A DNA stretch of 64,000 bases from Octopus sinensis (Eukaryota): contig NC_043004.1 of NCBI RefSeq assembly GCF_006345805.1, positions 75,330,001-75,394,000 on the forward strand, read 5' to 3'. Each line of letters starts with the position of its first letter. The stretch's first letter is position 1. Shown one piece after another: positions 50,180 to 63,399 of this stretch. The position numbers and the translations under genes are program-made. Under the pieces are notes generated by a model, which did not search any database, was not told the DNA's origin, and saw only the letters and a program-made list of their open reading frames with translations.

Positions 50180-51555
50180 TTAAAAATTATACAATAACCA
50201 TGTAAGTGTGCGTATTTTCCGTTTTTATTTTCTTATATATATATATATATATATATACCTATACGTTCAAGAAAGCTATCTTACAAAGTAATATGTATTT
50301 CTGTGGGGAAGAGCTTAAACCATTTCTTTTATGACCTACGTATTTCTAATTATTAATAATTCTTGCTGAAAGAGACAACTCTACAGGTTTGATCCTTTAA
50401 GAATCAGGCTTGTCGAATGCTGTACAAAAAATATATATTATTTATTTAACGACGAGTCGTTCAAAACAAAGATATACAAATTAGGCTGTCGACTAAGATA
50501 TTACACGAATTTATACCGCTTTATATTGTAACTGGATTTTCTAATTCTTGATTGGTGAAGTAAGCCTAGTACATCTTTTCTGAGGAGCGGACAATAAACC
50601 GTAAAACAGTCCGCCAGGAGACTCTCACCCTCTCCCCCCCCCACGTACATATCAAAAGCATGTAAAAACTGCTTACATTCTTATTTCACTCACAGGAAGG
50701 CCTTGAAACATTTGAATTTTATGTATTCTGATTCATGCTGTGTTATACATATTTTCTAAGATTCAGTCCGAACGTTGGAGATGATATTTGTCCTTGGTAT
50801 GCAGGGATGGTCTTGGATTTGTTGGGGTCTGTGGGATTCCTCAATTGGACCACAATTAAGGTTCTCCATGGAGGACGGCATCATCATTCATTTTATATGT
50901 ATTCCATGTATATTCATATTACAAGTTTTTTCTTTCTCTTTCAATAATTCTGTGTAAACCCCCAGTGACTTTTTCCCTGTTCCCACCCAATATCCCTTAA
51001 TGGCAAATAACAGAACTACCACACCTGCCTGCTCCGCCTCCTTATCGTCATTAGTGTGCACTTAACTAATCAACCAATTAATCGTTCGATTGTTTGAAAA
51101 AAAAAACGATTGATTAATCAGTTAATTTACCAATCAGCTGGTTTGCCAAAATCCTTTTGACGCCATTCCAGGCCTCACACGGTCTCATTGCTCCAAGTTT
51201 TTTCTCAGCATTGTAACAGGGCTGGAGCACCGAGAGGCCGTCATTGATAACGTCTCGAATGGAGATGAAAATATAAACTCGGACCAACTAACTGATCGAT
51301 TGAGTGATCAAACGATCAATTATGCAATTAATTATTCAATTGGTTAATCAGTTGGCGTGTTCACTAATAATTATATAATATAAACACTGCCTGTGTTTTT
51401 ATTCGCAAAATAACCTCTCAAGATACGACAATATGTTTCAATACAGGATTTCAAATGAAGAGTTTTTGGAAACAAATATAAAAAAGACATGCATTCATAC
51501 ATACGTACATGCACGCACGCACGCACACACACACACACACACACACATACACATA

Positions 51556-51607
<52 letters not shown>

Positions 51608-51689
51608 AAAAGGTTTTGCAAAAGAAGTTTTGACACAGTCACAATACTTGAAGAAAGATTTTCTTAAATTATTAATTATTAATTAAATA

Positions 51690-52450
51690 AAAAGCTTTAA
51701 AATGCAATGACGCGAAGTTTGGGGATGAAAGTTTTCCTATTGCTTGTTAGCGCTTTCGCTGTTCACAGTTTCTCAGACACTTTGTTGTGCAATAATCCGT
51801 ATAGAGGAAGTTGCTTTTAATAGTGATGTGGACTATTTCCGGTTTACTTTGTATTTAAAATTCTTATAAAGTATTCTTCTTTTGTCTTTTGAAGTTGATC
51901 ATTTTGGAAAAAAGGAAATATTTTGCATTTGACATTTGCACAAATGTCTTCATGGTTACAACATGGAACGTTTCTGAGAGATATATCCTTGATTTCTTGT
52001 TTATGTATTTTAACGTGATCTATCAATTTAGATCCTTTATTTCTGTTCAGGTGGATGAAAATGTCATCAAAGAATCTTTTCCAGTTTCCTTTTAAACGGG
52101 ATTGGAAATGCTGACCAAAAATAATTCCGGATAAGGCATACTTTTTCTTCAAAGAATTTCATTATTAGTGTTGCAAAACATTGGTGCAATTTTTGTATCT
52201 GTTGCTGTCTTGTATTTGTAGATAATACTGGTTACCAAAGAAAAAGCAGTTATTTTCTCGTACCAATCATAATTTTTCCTGAATTCTGTATAGGTATTTA
52301 TCTGGAAACGTATTACTTCCAATCCAGAAGTTGAACCCAGCATTTGGGATACCGTTCTCATTCTATCATGGATGTAGGATAACCCAAAAACATCAGCAAA
52401 TTTCGACTGTCTTGAAAAGAATCGTTCCTAATATACAAAAAATACGGTAG
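51690..52450 (-). mobile_element. Internally deleted Penelope-like element (RT fragments fused to the end of GIY-YIG)
   Basis: TDTKIAPMF (GTKMAP-like) and NWKRFFDDIFI (RT YxDD region), then HKQEI...VPCCNH.DIC...KIFPFFQ...KEEYFIRIL. Confidence 0.8.
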
Positions 52451-52719
52451 AGTCAAGTCTGTTGTCAATCTTTTATCACAGGTTTGCTAGGTCGGAGTCT
52501 TATGCGGGTCTAAACAACATCGTCAACAACGACACTAAATGATGTAATCAACCGACCAGCAAACAACGGACTGAGATAGTTGGTGAGGGTAGGAAGGATA
52601 ATAATTCCTTTCTGTTGCAATCTACTGTGACAAGCAACACGACGTAGAAGGATCGTTGTAGTCATTGTGGTAGTAATGGACTCTCTCTCTCTCTCTCTCT
52701 ATCGCTCTCTCTCTCTCTA

Positions 52720-52768
<49 letters not shown>

Positions 52769-53816
52769 GTTGGCTTTGCGGTCCTGTTGTTGTGGTTATT
52801 GTAAAACTCGTTGCATTCGTTGTTGGTGTTGTAGTTATTGTTGCAGCAATTTCTACGTCCCATATATGTCATGTACGGTATATATGTATTAAGGTGACTT
52901 CCCTCCCTTCCTTTCTCTTTTGCTGTCTCCCCAAACCATTATTTGTCACATAACTGTCAATGGGGACGCTTCAGACAGTTCGTAGAAGTGGCGGGTGAGT
53001 GAAAGTGGTAGTGAATGGTTTAGGGAGGAGTTGGAGGGGAGAGAGAGGGGGAGGAGAAGAGAGAGGCCAGAGAGAGGGGAAGGAGAAGAGAGAGGGCAGA
53101 GAGAGGGGGAGGAGAAGAGAGAGAGGGGAGAGAGAGAAAAGTCTGAGAAAGCGTTGGAGAAAACGCTAGTATACAGGTGTGTACGTGAATGCGTGCGTGT
53201 GTGTGTGTCAGAGAAATAGATAGATAGATAGATAAATTGAGAGAGAGAGAGAGAAAAGGGAAGTGAGGGCCAGAACGAAGCCACTGGATAAAAAGAGATA
53301 GGGGAAGAGTCGGAGGTATGTGCGAGTGCAGGTGCTCATATGGGAGAGAGAGAGAGGGAGAGAGAACGAAAGAGGAAACCTGTGAGATTAAGAAAGTGGT
53401 ACAAGAAAAAAGACAGATACAGAAAGTGTGTAAGAATGAAAGAGAGAGAAGTGAATGAGAGAAAAAGATATAAAAAGAAACGGAGAGAGGGAGAGAAAAA
53501 GAAAGGGAAGAGGAATAAAAAAAAAGTGTGACAAAGCGAATAACCTGGAAAGAGAAATAGAATAAGATTAAGATGAAGAAGAGATTTGCGAAGGCGAAAG
53601 GGAGGAAGAAGAACAAATTAAAATGGTTGTCCTTTATGATACAGTATTTATTTGTTGTTGGTTTTGTTTGTGTTTTTGGTAATTATATTTTGTTGTTTAG
53701 TTTACCTTTCAAAGTTTGTTTCGTGAAATGAAGAGATGTGTTTTGGCTGAAGGATTTAAAACCCTATTAAAGGAGCGGAATATATCGAGAAGTGAGAAGC
53801 CCAAACGCCAGTGTAC

Positions 53817-53847
<31 letters not shown>

Positions 53848-53921
53848 CCTACCTACCTATCTTTTTACATATATACGATACATCAGTGTTTGTATGTATG
53901 TGTGTATGTGTGTATAAGAAA

Positions 53922-54292
53922 TCTCTCTATATATAAACGGCAGTTTGTCTGTGTGTGTTTCTGTGTGTCTGTCAGGTTGTACCCTCACCCTGACCACGGC
54001 TTTCAACCGATTCTGATGAAACTTGACACACACATAGCCCAATGTCATAATTCAAAACTAACGCAGCGAAAATTTTGAAAAGTTCCCCCAGTTCTGAAAA
54101 AAATCGATAAATTCGACATGGGGTCAACAATCAGAAACACAAACCACAGACTGTCTAGGGGACGCAACTCGACCTTTTTAACTAAAAAAAAATTTACCAT
54201 CATTTTTCTTCCATTTTTTGGCTATAACTCTCTAAAAATGCTTTATAGTTATTTCCCTTACAAACCCGAGCAACGCCGGGCGATACTGCTAG
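53922..54292 (+). mobile_element. Non-autonomous Helitron with canonical ends
   Basis: A|TC...CTAG|T insertion signature with a GC-rich subterminal motif (CCCGAGCAACGCCGGG). Confidence 0.75.
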
Positions 54293-54403
54293 TAAACGAT
54301 GAAAATGCACAGAAAATATAAGAAGATTTATTTTAATTTTAATACACATACATACGTACGTAAACACACATATACACACACTTATAGATAGATAAACAGA
54401 GAC

Positions 54404-54458
<55 letters not shown>

Positions 54459-55609
54459 CAGACAGACAGACAGAGACAGAGAAAGCGGTGAGCTCGGGGA
54501 ATCGTTACCTTGCTGCGGAAAATGCTTAACGGCATTTCGTCCATCATAACGCCCTGAGTTTAAATTCTATCGGTGTCGACTTTGCCGCTCATCATTTTGG
54601 GGTCAATTAAATAGGTACCAGTTGAGCACTAGAGTCGACTGAGTCCTGCCCCGAAACTGCTAGCCTTGCGCAAAAATTTGAAACCATCTATTATTCCAAC
54701 GAAAGATTAGATTTGAACCTAACAAGATACTTTACATTTAATCTCCTTTCTTAAGAGCATTTTCATAATTTAGATGAAAATCAATAATCGTCATGTGTGT
54801 TTTAGGTTCGAATCAACCCTCTGATTCCACTCCATGGCCACGCACCAACGAGGGAAGCTCAACGCAGGTTGAGCGACCGCAACTCACCAAATACATTTTT
54901 CAAAATTGGTGCTTTTGGTAAAATGTGTAATCAATGAGTTAAACATTGTTTGGTATGTGTCATGGCGTCTTTTTTTTAAATGCTCGCTTCCCCTAGCTTT
55001 AAAATATGGTTACGTCCCTGGAGGGGACAAAAAAGACAGTTCGCATCGTGAGAGACTTTTAGGGGCAGCATTTTCGAATCTGCTGCATAAGCTTAGATGG
55101 GCTCGAGATCCCGGGGCCAGTGGTGGTGACAGAAAAAGCGGCGAACTCAGGGGCTGCCTCGGGTGGCACACACTGTCGATACGTCACTGCATGTGTATCC
55201 ATCATGGCTGACTTGCAATTAACAGTAACGACATGCGAGCTATTTTTATGCAGACAGGCTGTAATGTAATGAAGACGGGGTTTGTGCGTGACAATATCAT
55301 TTCTTGGCGTTAATTAGGCGATCAAAGAAAAAGCAAAAGAAACAAACGGCTGCTTTAAATTGTATTTGTTTTCTACGGCGTGACGTTTTAAAATGTAAAG
55401 CAACTCACCTCCCGATACATTACTGCATAGCATTTGTAAACGTTTCTGGTATTCACCTTGTGACGTGATGGAGTTCGCCAATGTATATTTACTCATCTAT
55501 TTAGTTGAATTTTTCTCGCCGTTTTCTAAATCGGGAATGAAACTTGCTTTCCTTCCGTGTGCGTCTGAGCGCGTGTGTATATATATACATAACACATACA
55601 TTCACACAT

Positions 55610-55621
55610 ATCTATCTATCG

Positions 55622-55708
<87 letters not shown>

Positions 55709-55735
55709 GATCTATCTATCTATCGATCTATCTAT
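55610..55735. repeat. (CTAT)n microsatellite
   Basis: Directly visible. Confidence 0.97.
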
Positions 55736-57012
55736 TTATACTTGCAAATAAATGTGTTAACATGTGACATTATTGACCGAGGTTATCGTGGTCTTTTCCC
55801 TCGGCTTTTCTTTGCACGGATAAACCTCATCTGTTTCCCCCTTTACACTTTATATCATGACATTTCTGTGATACATGATCCCTATTGATCGATTTTTTTT
55901 GGTTTCTCTTTTCTTTTTCTTTCCTTTTACGATCCCTTTTGATCGAAAACCTAGCCCCCTTTTTTTTTCTCCCCCAAAACGAAAAGCTCTACCTTGTAAT
56001 TTGTCCCGCCTGTGTGCAGCCCTGTGTGGCTAATAAAGAAACATATCTATGTATCTGTCTGTCTGTCTGTCTGTCTGTCTCCATACATCATTTGTCTTTC
56101 GTCTTTTATCTTTCGTCTTTTATCTTCTACTTGTTTCAGTCATTAGACTGCGGCCATGCTGGGGCACCACCATGGAAAATTTTTAGTCGATTGAATTGAC
56201 CTCAGTACTTACTTTTTAATAACACTGCTACTTAATCTGCTGGTCACTTTTATCGAACCGCAAACACACCAACACCGGTTATCAAATGGTAGTGGGGATG
56301 GGGGGCAAACACAAAGACACAAATATATACGTACATACATATACGACGGGCTTCTTTCAGTTTCCGTCAACCAAATCCACTCACAAGGTTTTGGTCGACC
56401 CGCGGCTATAGTAGAAGACACTTGCCCAAGCTGCCACACAGTGGGACTGAACCCGGAAATATATGGTTGGAAAGCAAACGTCTTACTACATAACCACATA
56501 TGTGTGGGGGGGGGGTTGTCTCTCACCACTGCTTGACATCCGGTGTTGGTGTGTTTACGTCTCCGTAACATGGTTCGACAAAAGGGACCGATGGAATAAG
56601 TATCAGGCTTAATAAATTTAAGTCCTGGGATCGATTCATTTGATTAAAAATTCTTCAAGGTGGTGCTCCAGCATGGCCGCAGTCAAATGATGGATACAAA
56701 TGAAAGTGTGATATCTACGATGATGCACAGTACAGTGAGCCGTCACTCACGAGCGAGTATGGCTTGGTAACTTTGATAGGTTTCGGCCAGTATAGGCCCA
56801 GGCCATGTCTAACTCAATAGCACCACCTGGTGAAGTCTTTTAGTCATATATGGGGCACCATGGCCCACTCTAGCAAAGAGTTATTATTGTTGGAGACATA
56901 TCCGGGTGTAGGAAGTTGGTCCGAGATTTTTTGAAGAAATTTGTCCAGTGAACATTTGAATTTTATGGGATCCGTTTCCGTTTTGTACGATGCTTTCGCT
57001 AATTGTTGTAGG

Positions 57013-57795
57013 GGGCGGCGAGCTGGCAGAAACGTTAGCGCGCCGGGCGAAATGCTTAGCGGTATTTCGTTTGTCGTTACGTTCTGAGTTCAAATTCCGC
57101 CGAGGTCGACTTTGCCTTTCATCCTTTCGGGGTCGATAAATTAAGTACCAGTTACGCATTGGGGTCGATGTAATCGACTTAATACCTATGTCTGTCCTTG
57201 TTTGTCCCCTCTGTGTTTAGCCCCTTGTGGGTAGTAAAGAAATAGGTATTTCGTCTGCCGTTACGTCCTGAGTTCAAATTCCGCCGAGGTCGACTTTGCC
57301 TTTCATCCTTTCGGGGTCGATAAATTAAGTACCAGTTACGCATTGGGGTCGATGTAATCGACTTAATACCTATGTCTGTCCTTGTTTGTCCCCTCTGTGT
57401 TTAGCCCCTTGTGGGTAGTAAAGAAATAGGTATTTCGTCTGTCGTTACGTTCTGAGTTCAAATTCCGCCGAGGTCGACTTTGCCTTTCATCCTTTCGGGG
57501 TCGATAAATTAAGTACCAGTTACGCATTGGGGTCGATGTAATCGACTTAATACCTATGTCTGTCCTTGTTTGTCCCCTCTATGTTTAGCCCCTTGTGGGT
57601 GGTAAAGAAATAGGTATTTCGTCTGCCGTTACGTTCTAAGTTCAAATTCCGTCGAAGTCGACTTTGCCTTTCATCCTTTCGGGGTCGATAAATGAGGTAC
57701 CAGTTACGCACTGGGGTCGATGTAATCGACTTAATCCTTTTGTCTGTCCTTGTTTGTCCCCTCTGTGTTTAGCCCCTTTTGGGTGGTAAAGAAAT
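57013..57795 (+). repeat. Family-A SINE followed by three head-less tandem copies (184-bp period)
   Basis: GGTATTTCGT recurs at 57061, 57245, 57429 and 57613. Confidence 0.95.
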
Positions 57796-58149
57796 CTATT
57801 TAATGGCGACGAGACATCGATACCCTCTGCTCCTTCCCACACACCCATGAGTCAGCGGAGCATCACCGCTCGAGCTAAAAACTGAAACCAGGATCTTAGG
57901 GGTTATAAGCCAACCGCCTCTCACCACCAGACCACGTGTCTTCAGTACCGGAACGAGCCGACTGGACGCAGCCATGGATTTGGCACGGCTGACTGGACAT
58001 TCACCTCCACTTTGGCCACAGTGCTCTTTGGCGATTCCATTAATAATCGCCACTCGACTAATCTCTCCTGCCACACCACTGCTGATACTGCAACCAATAC
58101 GACGACCACAACCATCCACACCATAGCAAGAACAACAAGCCACTACGGC

Positions 58150-58825
58150 GAAGTTTCGGTTGTCGTAGCACACGTCGTAGCACACGTTTCCGTCGATTTC
58201 CGTAAAAAACTTTTATTTTTTTACATATGGCTTTGCGGTAATATTTGAAGTAATGAGAGCGAAAGAGACTAAGAGGAAGCGATTTTATGACGAGGGAATT
58301 TCTTTTTGAAGTCCCCGTGTGTGTGTTTGATGGTGTGTGGGGGACAGACAGTATGTTGTGTAAATGAAGTGCTTCTGTTAGTGTGTGCGAAGAGACAGAG
58401 AGAGTAATGTGTGAAAGAGAGAGATAACTGAAATTTTTTACTCGGTGTATGTGTATATGTATGTGTGTGTGTGTATGTATCTATGTGTGTGTATGTATGT
58501 GTGTGTGTGTGTGTGTAAGTATGTGTGTGTGTATGTATGTATGTATGTATGGCCGATTCAGTGTAATTTTTTACTCGGTGTATGTGTATATGTATGTCTG
58601 CATGTATGTGTGTGTGTGTATGTATCTATGTATGGTGTGTGTGTATGTATGTGTGTGTGTATGTATGTGTGTATGTATGTATGTATGTATGTATGTATGT
58701 ATGTATGTATGTATGTATGTATGTATGGCCGATTCAGTGTTTACATTTTTTACGGAAATCGACGGAGGAAATCGACAATCGACGGAGGAAATCGACGGAA
58801 ACGTGTGCTACGACAAACGAAACAT
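58150..58825. mobile_element. MITE-like element with about 55-bp TIRs enclosing (GT)n/(GTAT)n
   Basis: GTCGTAGCACACGTTTCCGTCGATTTCCGTAAAA versus TTTTACGGAAATCGACGGA...GGAAACGTGTGCTACGAC. Confidence 0.65.
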
Positions 58826-58968
58826 CACCCAAACGGCTACTACTACTACTACTACTACTACTACCGCCATTGTCACAACCAACACTAACACCACCACCAC
58901 CACCACCACCACCACCACCACCGGCACCACCACCATCGCTACTACTACTACTACTACTACTACTGCTA

Positions 58969-58999
<31 letters not shown>

Positions 59000-59552
59000 G
59001 GCGGCCGCCATTGCCACAAACACAACTAATTCCAACACCACCGCCGACGCCGCCACCACCATCATCGATGTCAAAACCTTCACCACCACAACTACTACTA
59101 CTGCTGCTGCTACTACTACTACTACTACTACTACTACAGGAAATTACATTTGATTGTAAAGTAAAAGTTGTTTTGAAGCCGGGCAGTGGTGTAAAAGTTG
59201 TGTCTTAGCTGCGACCCAGCCCATTCGAAAACAGAGACGAGGTGCTTGGTATTAGCCAAATACATAAACCTAAATTAGTTCTGTCTTAATGAAAATAGAA
59301 TTTTGACAGACTAGATTCAGGTACATTCAGGTAAATTTTGATAGCAAAATATGACAAGTAGTTTTGACAGTTTGTATGTTGTAAAAGCTAACAGTTGTGA
59401 ACAAGGCGTTATCTAGTGGAACTGTGAGTTTGGAACACAATCAAGGATTAACACGGCTTTTTAAACATAGCACTGCTAATTTTACATCGATGAATCAGAG
59501 AGAGGAGAATGAGGAATGGGTGGAGGTGTATATATGTATTAATATATAGCGG

Positions 59553-59583
<31 letters not shown>

Positions 59584-60568
59584 GAGCTAGGTACCATGAT
59601 GTACAAACATCGATATAAGCATGAATGAAAGAGGAAAAATTGGTTGAGTTAAGGCTGGAGGAAGAACTGAGGAAGGAGGCTTCAAATACATAGTCACAGC
59701 ATACACATGCGTCTATACATGCGTACATACATATATTCATATATACATACGTGCACACACACACACAGTCACATACATGCTTACATTCAAACCCAAGTGA
59801 AGAAGAAAAGTTTAAAGGCGAAAGCAAAGAGGCATTTGTGACACTGGAGACTCCTCCACTCCCAAATACCTATTAGTGATGTTAGAGAAACGGACTTTAT
59901 TTTGCAGTTGAAACCGGAACAGGTGCCTCTCTGCTCCCAGCAATTCCTAGTGTCTCGTTAAAATAATAGCATTAGGAATGGTATAGCTGTGTTGTTACGA
60001 ACTTCGCTTCACAACTCCGCTGTTTCAGTTTCAATTCCACAAGACGGCATTCAGGGCAAATATCTTCTAACATAAACTTGAATCAGTTAAATTTTAGTGG
60101 ATGAAACTCAATTGACAGAAACTGTGTGGAAGGCTCTTCAAAGAAACTGTTCCGGTTTTCAGTGAGATGGTTAACTTAATCCGGCATCCGAGTCATGTCT
60201 GCAACCTGCCCATATTTTTTTTTTTTTTTTAGTGGAATAGTTACTGTTATGGCGTGTGTTAGTTCATCTATGCTGTTCCAGAAACTCCCATCTTTAGGAG
60301 TTCCTGGAACAGCAAAGATAAATTAACATGGATCCAAAAATCGCCGGAATATAATTCAAAAGCCACAAAGACGATGTTTATTCTACAATCACAAGACGAG
60401 AAATGCTCGATATGGACACAAATCACATTTCGGCCACTGACTATGCGTAAGATGGGTACTGTTACGGTGTGGGATTTTATTTGGTATCATTCATCTGATG
60501 GACAAATGCGATAGGTTTGGCATTAAAACCAGATATTTTAATCAGTACCAGTTACAACGGGCAGATAT

Positions 60569-61362
60569 GGGATCTTTTCCTTTTGAACGGCACTTTTCAA
60601 CACAATTTCTAGTTAACTAAACACTTTTAAACTTCGTATACTGGTAGAATGTGTTTATAAAACATCATTTTTTCTTGGCTTTATTGAGAAAATTCTATAT
60701 GTTGTAAGATATTTCTTCTTTAATTTCGAGCATTTCGGCAATTTTAACCAATCGCTGACCTCCATTTAGGTAAATAAGATTCTGTGAATAATGAATATCT
60801 CCCTCCTTTAAGAAACAGATTGGGTTTATTTACATTTGTGAAGAAAAAAGATACCCTTCCCCCACCCCTAACCCTAACTCTAACCATAAATCTAAAATAG
60901 ATTGAAATGCAATAGACCGATACTAGGGTTATAATTATGGTTGTCAATTTCATACGACACCGCTACGGAAAATGGGATTTTTTTCTAGCGGTGTCAAATG
61001 AAAATGTCACCCATAATTATGGCCCTAGTATCGATCTATTGCATTTCAATCTATTTTAGATTTAGGGTTAGGGTTAAGGGTTGGGGAAGGGTATCTTTTT
61101 TTCTTCACAAATGTAAATAAACCCAATCTGTTTCTTAAAGGAGGGACATATTCATTATGCACAAAATGGAGGTCAGGGATTGGTTAAAATTGCCGAAATG
61201 CACGAAATTAAAGACGAAATATCTTACAACCTATAGAATTTTCTTAATAAAGCCAAGAGAAAATGATGTTTTATAAACACATTCTACCAGTATACGAAGT
61301 TTAAAACATTTTAGTTACCTAGAAATTATGTTACAAAGTGCCGTTCAAAAGGAAAATATCCC
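60569..61362. mobile_element. About 790-bp palindromic dimer of the TTAGGG-bearing element
   Basis: Left arm is a diverged reverse complement of the right arm, centred on GACACCGCTA...TAGCGGTGTC at about 60957-60996. Confidence 0.85.
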
Positions 61363-63399
61363 AGATTTGTCTCATTAATACAACTTTCAGAATTCCATTC
61401 AAATGAACTGTTACAGTAAATTCATTGAATATTGTAAAGTGCTGGACACAAAGCCAAATGGATAGAAACTATTGTAAATATCTTAATCTGTGAAACTTGA
61501 GAAATTTAACAGCAGGTTGTTCAAAGAATTTTATCAACATTTGGCAGTTTGAGTACAGAAGTCCCAACACCACTTAATCCCCATCTAACGGCATCTCAGA
61601 GAGTGCTTTTGTAATACTGGTTTCAAATTTTGGCACAAGGCCAGCAATTTCGAGGAAGGGGATAAATCTATTACATCAATCCCTGAACTCAACTGGTAGT
61701 TATTTTATTGACCCCGAAAGAATGAAAGGCAAAGTCAACCGCGTCGGAATTTGAACTCACAAAGTAAAGACGGACGAAATGCCGCTAACCATTTTGCCTG
61801 GTGCTGTACCGATTCTGCCAGCTTACCATCTTAAGAGCTGCTGTGATATTGAAATCACTTCTAGTTAAAGCAGGTGACCCATATCGTATCCTTTTTGACC
61901 AAACTAGTTCGCTTGTTTCGACCAAATAACTGAAATACGGAAGGGCCTGAATCTTACTACCAATCCAAAATTTCTAGTTGACACCTGGTATATCTGAGTG
62001 CTTACATTCTTATCTCCCAAAAGCTTAGTCCGAGGGAATGTCAGTTTATTTTATTTTTTTATTATTTTATTGGCCTCGAGAGGATGAAGGCAAAGTGGTT
62101 CTGGGCGGAATTTGACTCAAAACGTAAAGACGAACGAAATACCGCTAAACTTTTTGCCCGGCGTGCTAATGACTCTGCCAACTCAACGTCCTTAATTTCC
62201 TGTAGAATAACAATTATTTTCTAAGTTTGAATTCAACTGAGGTCAAATTTGCCTTTTTATCCTTTCCGGTGGTCGTTGAAATAAAGTACCAGTGAAACAC
62301 TGAAGCTAATTATAATCAACTTAATCCTTTCCTTCGGTTTCAGGCCTTGGTGTCTATGTTAGAAACAATTATATTTCTCTACTTAACCGAAGTATTGTTT
62401 TATTTTTTAGGCAGAGAAAGTTGAAAAGAAAACTTTAATGACGATGTTTTTTCCTAAACTTGGAAGTGATGCAAGGGAACATGTTGAAGAGCTTAAAGAA
62501 AGAAGGAGTCCAACATTGCTAATTGATAATTTATCATCGAAATACAGCAGTGCTTGTTGCTAATATAAAGTAACATTAAACTGTTCATAGTATAGTAATG
62601 GGGTGCTTCTAAGAAACTATAGCAATAATGCACGATTTTAACTGCGAAATGACAGCCTCCTCTACGCAATGGCACTCAGCATTCTGTTTCTTTATTACCC
62701 ACAAGGACAGACAAACGGATTAAGTCGATTACATCGATCCCAGTGCGTAACTGGTACTTAATTTATTGACCCCGAAAGGATGAAAGGCAAAGTCGACTTC
62801 GGCGGAATTTGAACTCAGAACGTAACGGCAGACGAAATACGGCTACGCATTTCGCCCGGCGTGCTAACGGTTCTACCAGCTCGCCGCCCTAAATAGCACT
62901 CAGCATTCATCAATAATAGCATTTAAAAAAACTTTACTACTACTACTGATTTCTTTTATTTATGCACATGGCCTTTATAAAGTGGGGGGACACCACAGGG
63001 ACAGACAAACCAAGACATATAAAACACATATCGAATGGACTACGACTGAGAAAAAATGAGGATGAAATGGCTTACTCGCCCCCCGCCCCAAGTAAGCAGT
63101 TTCATTTCACTGTTCTTTTAAATTACAGTTCACTTTACAGTTATGTATCCCTTTTGTTTTTGTTTTTTTTTAAACACACAATTACAACAAATATTGCATA
63201 AGATCGTCGAAAATTACAACAGGCGGCAACTCGTCGTATCTAAACTGAAGAGGTGTTATTACAACACTTTTTTTCTTAAACAGTTCCACTAATCTCTCCC
63301 CTCTTTCTCTCTCCAATAAGCACCCACTTTTTACCTTCTGAGTTTGCCAATTTCACTCTGATCACATTTTTCATCTTTGTTAACCTCTTTTCGATTTCA

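Noticed and set aside
62410-62562. Plus-strand acceptor-like tract followed by a 50-codon frame
   Set aside because: No recognisable product, no donor before the stop, and no partner exons.
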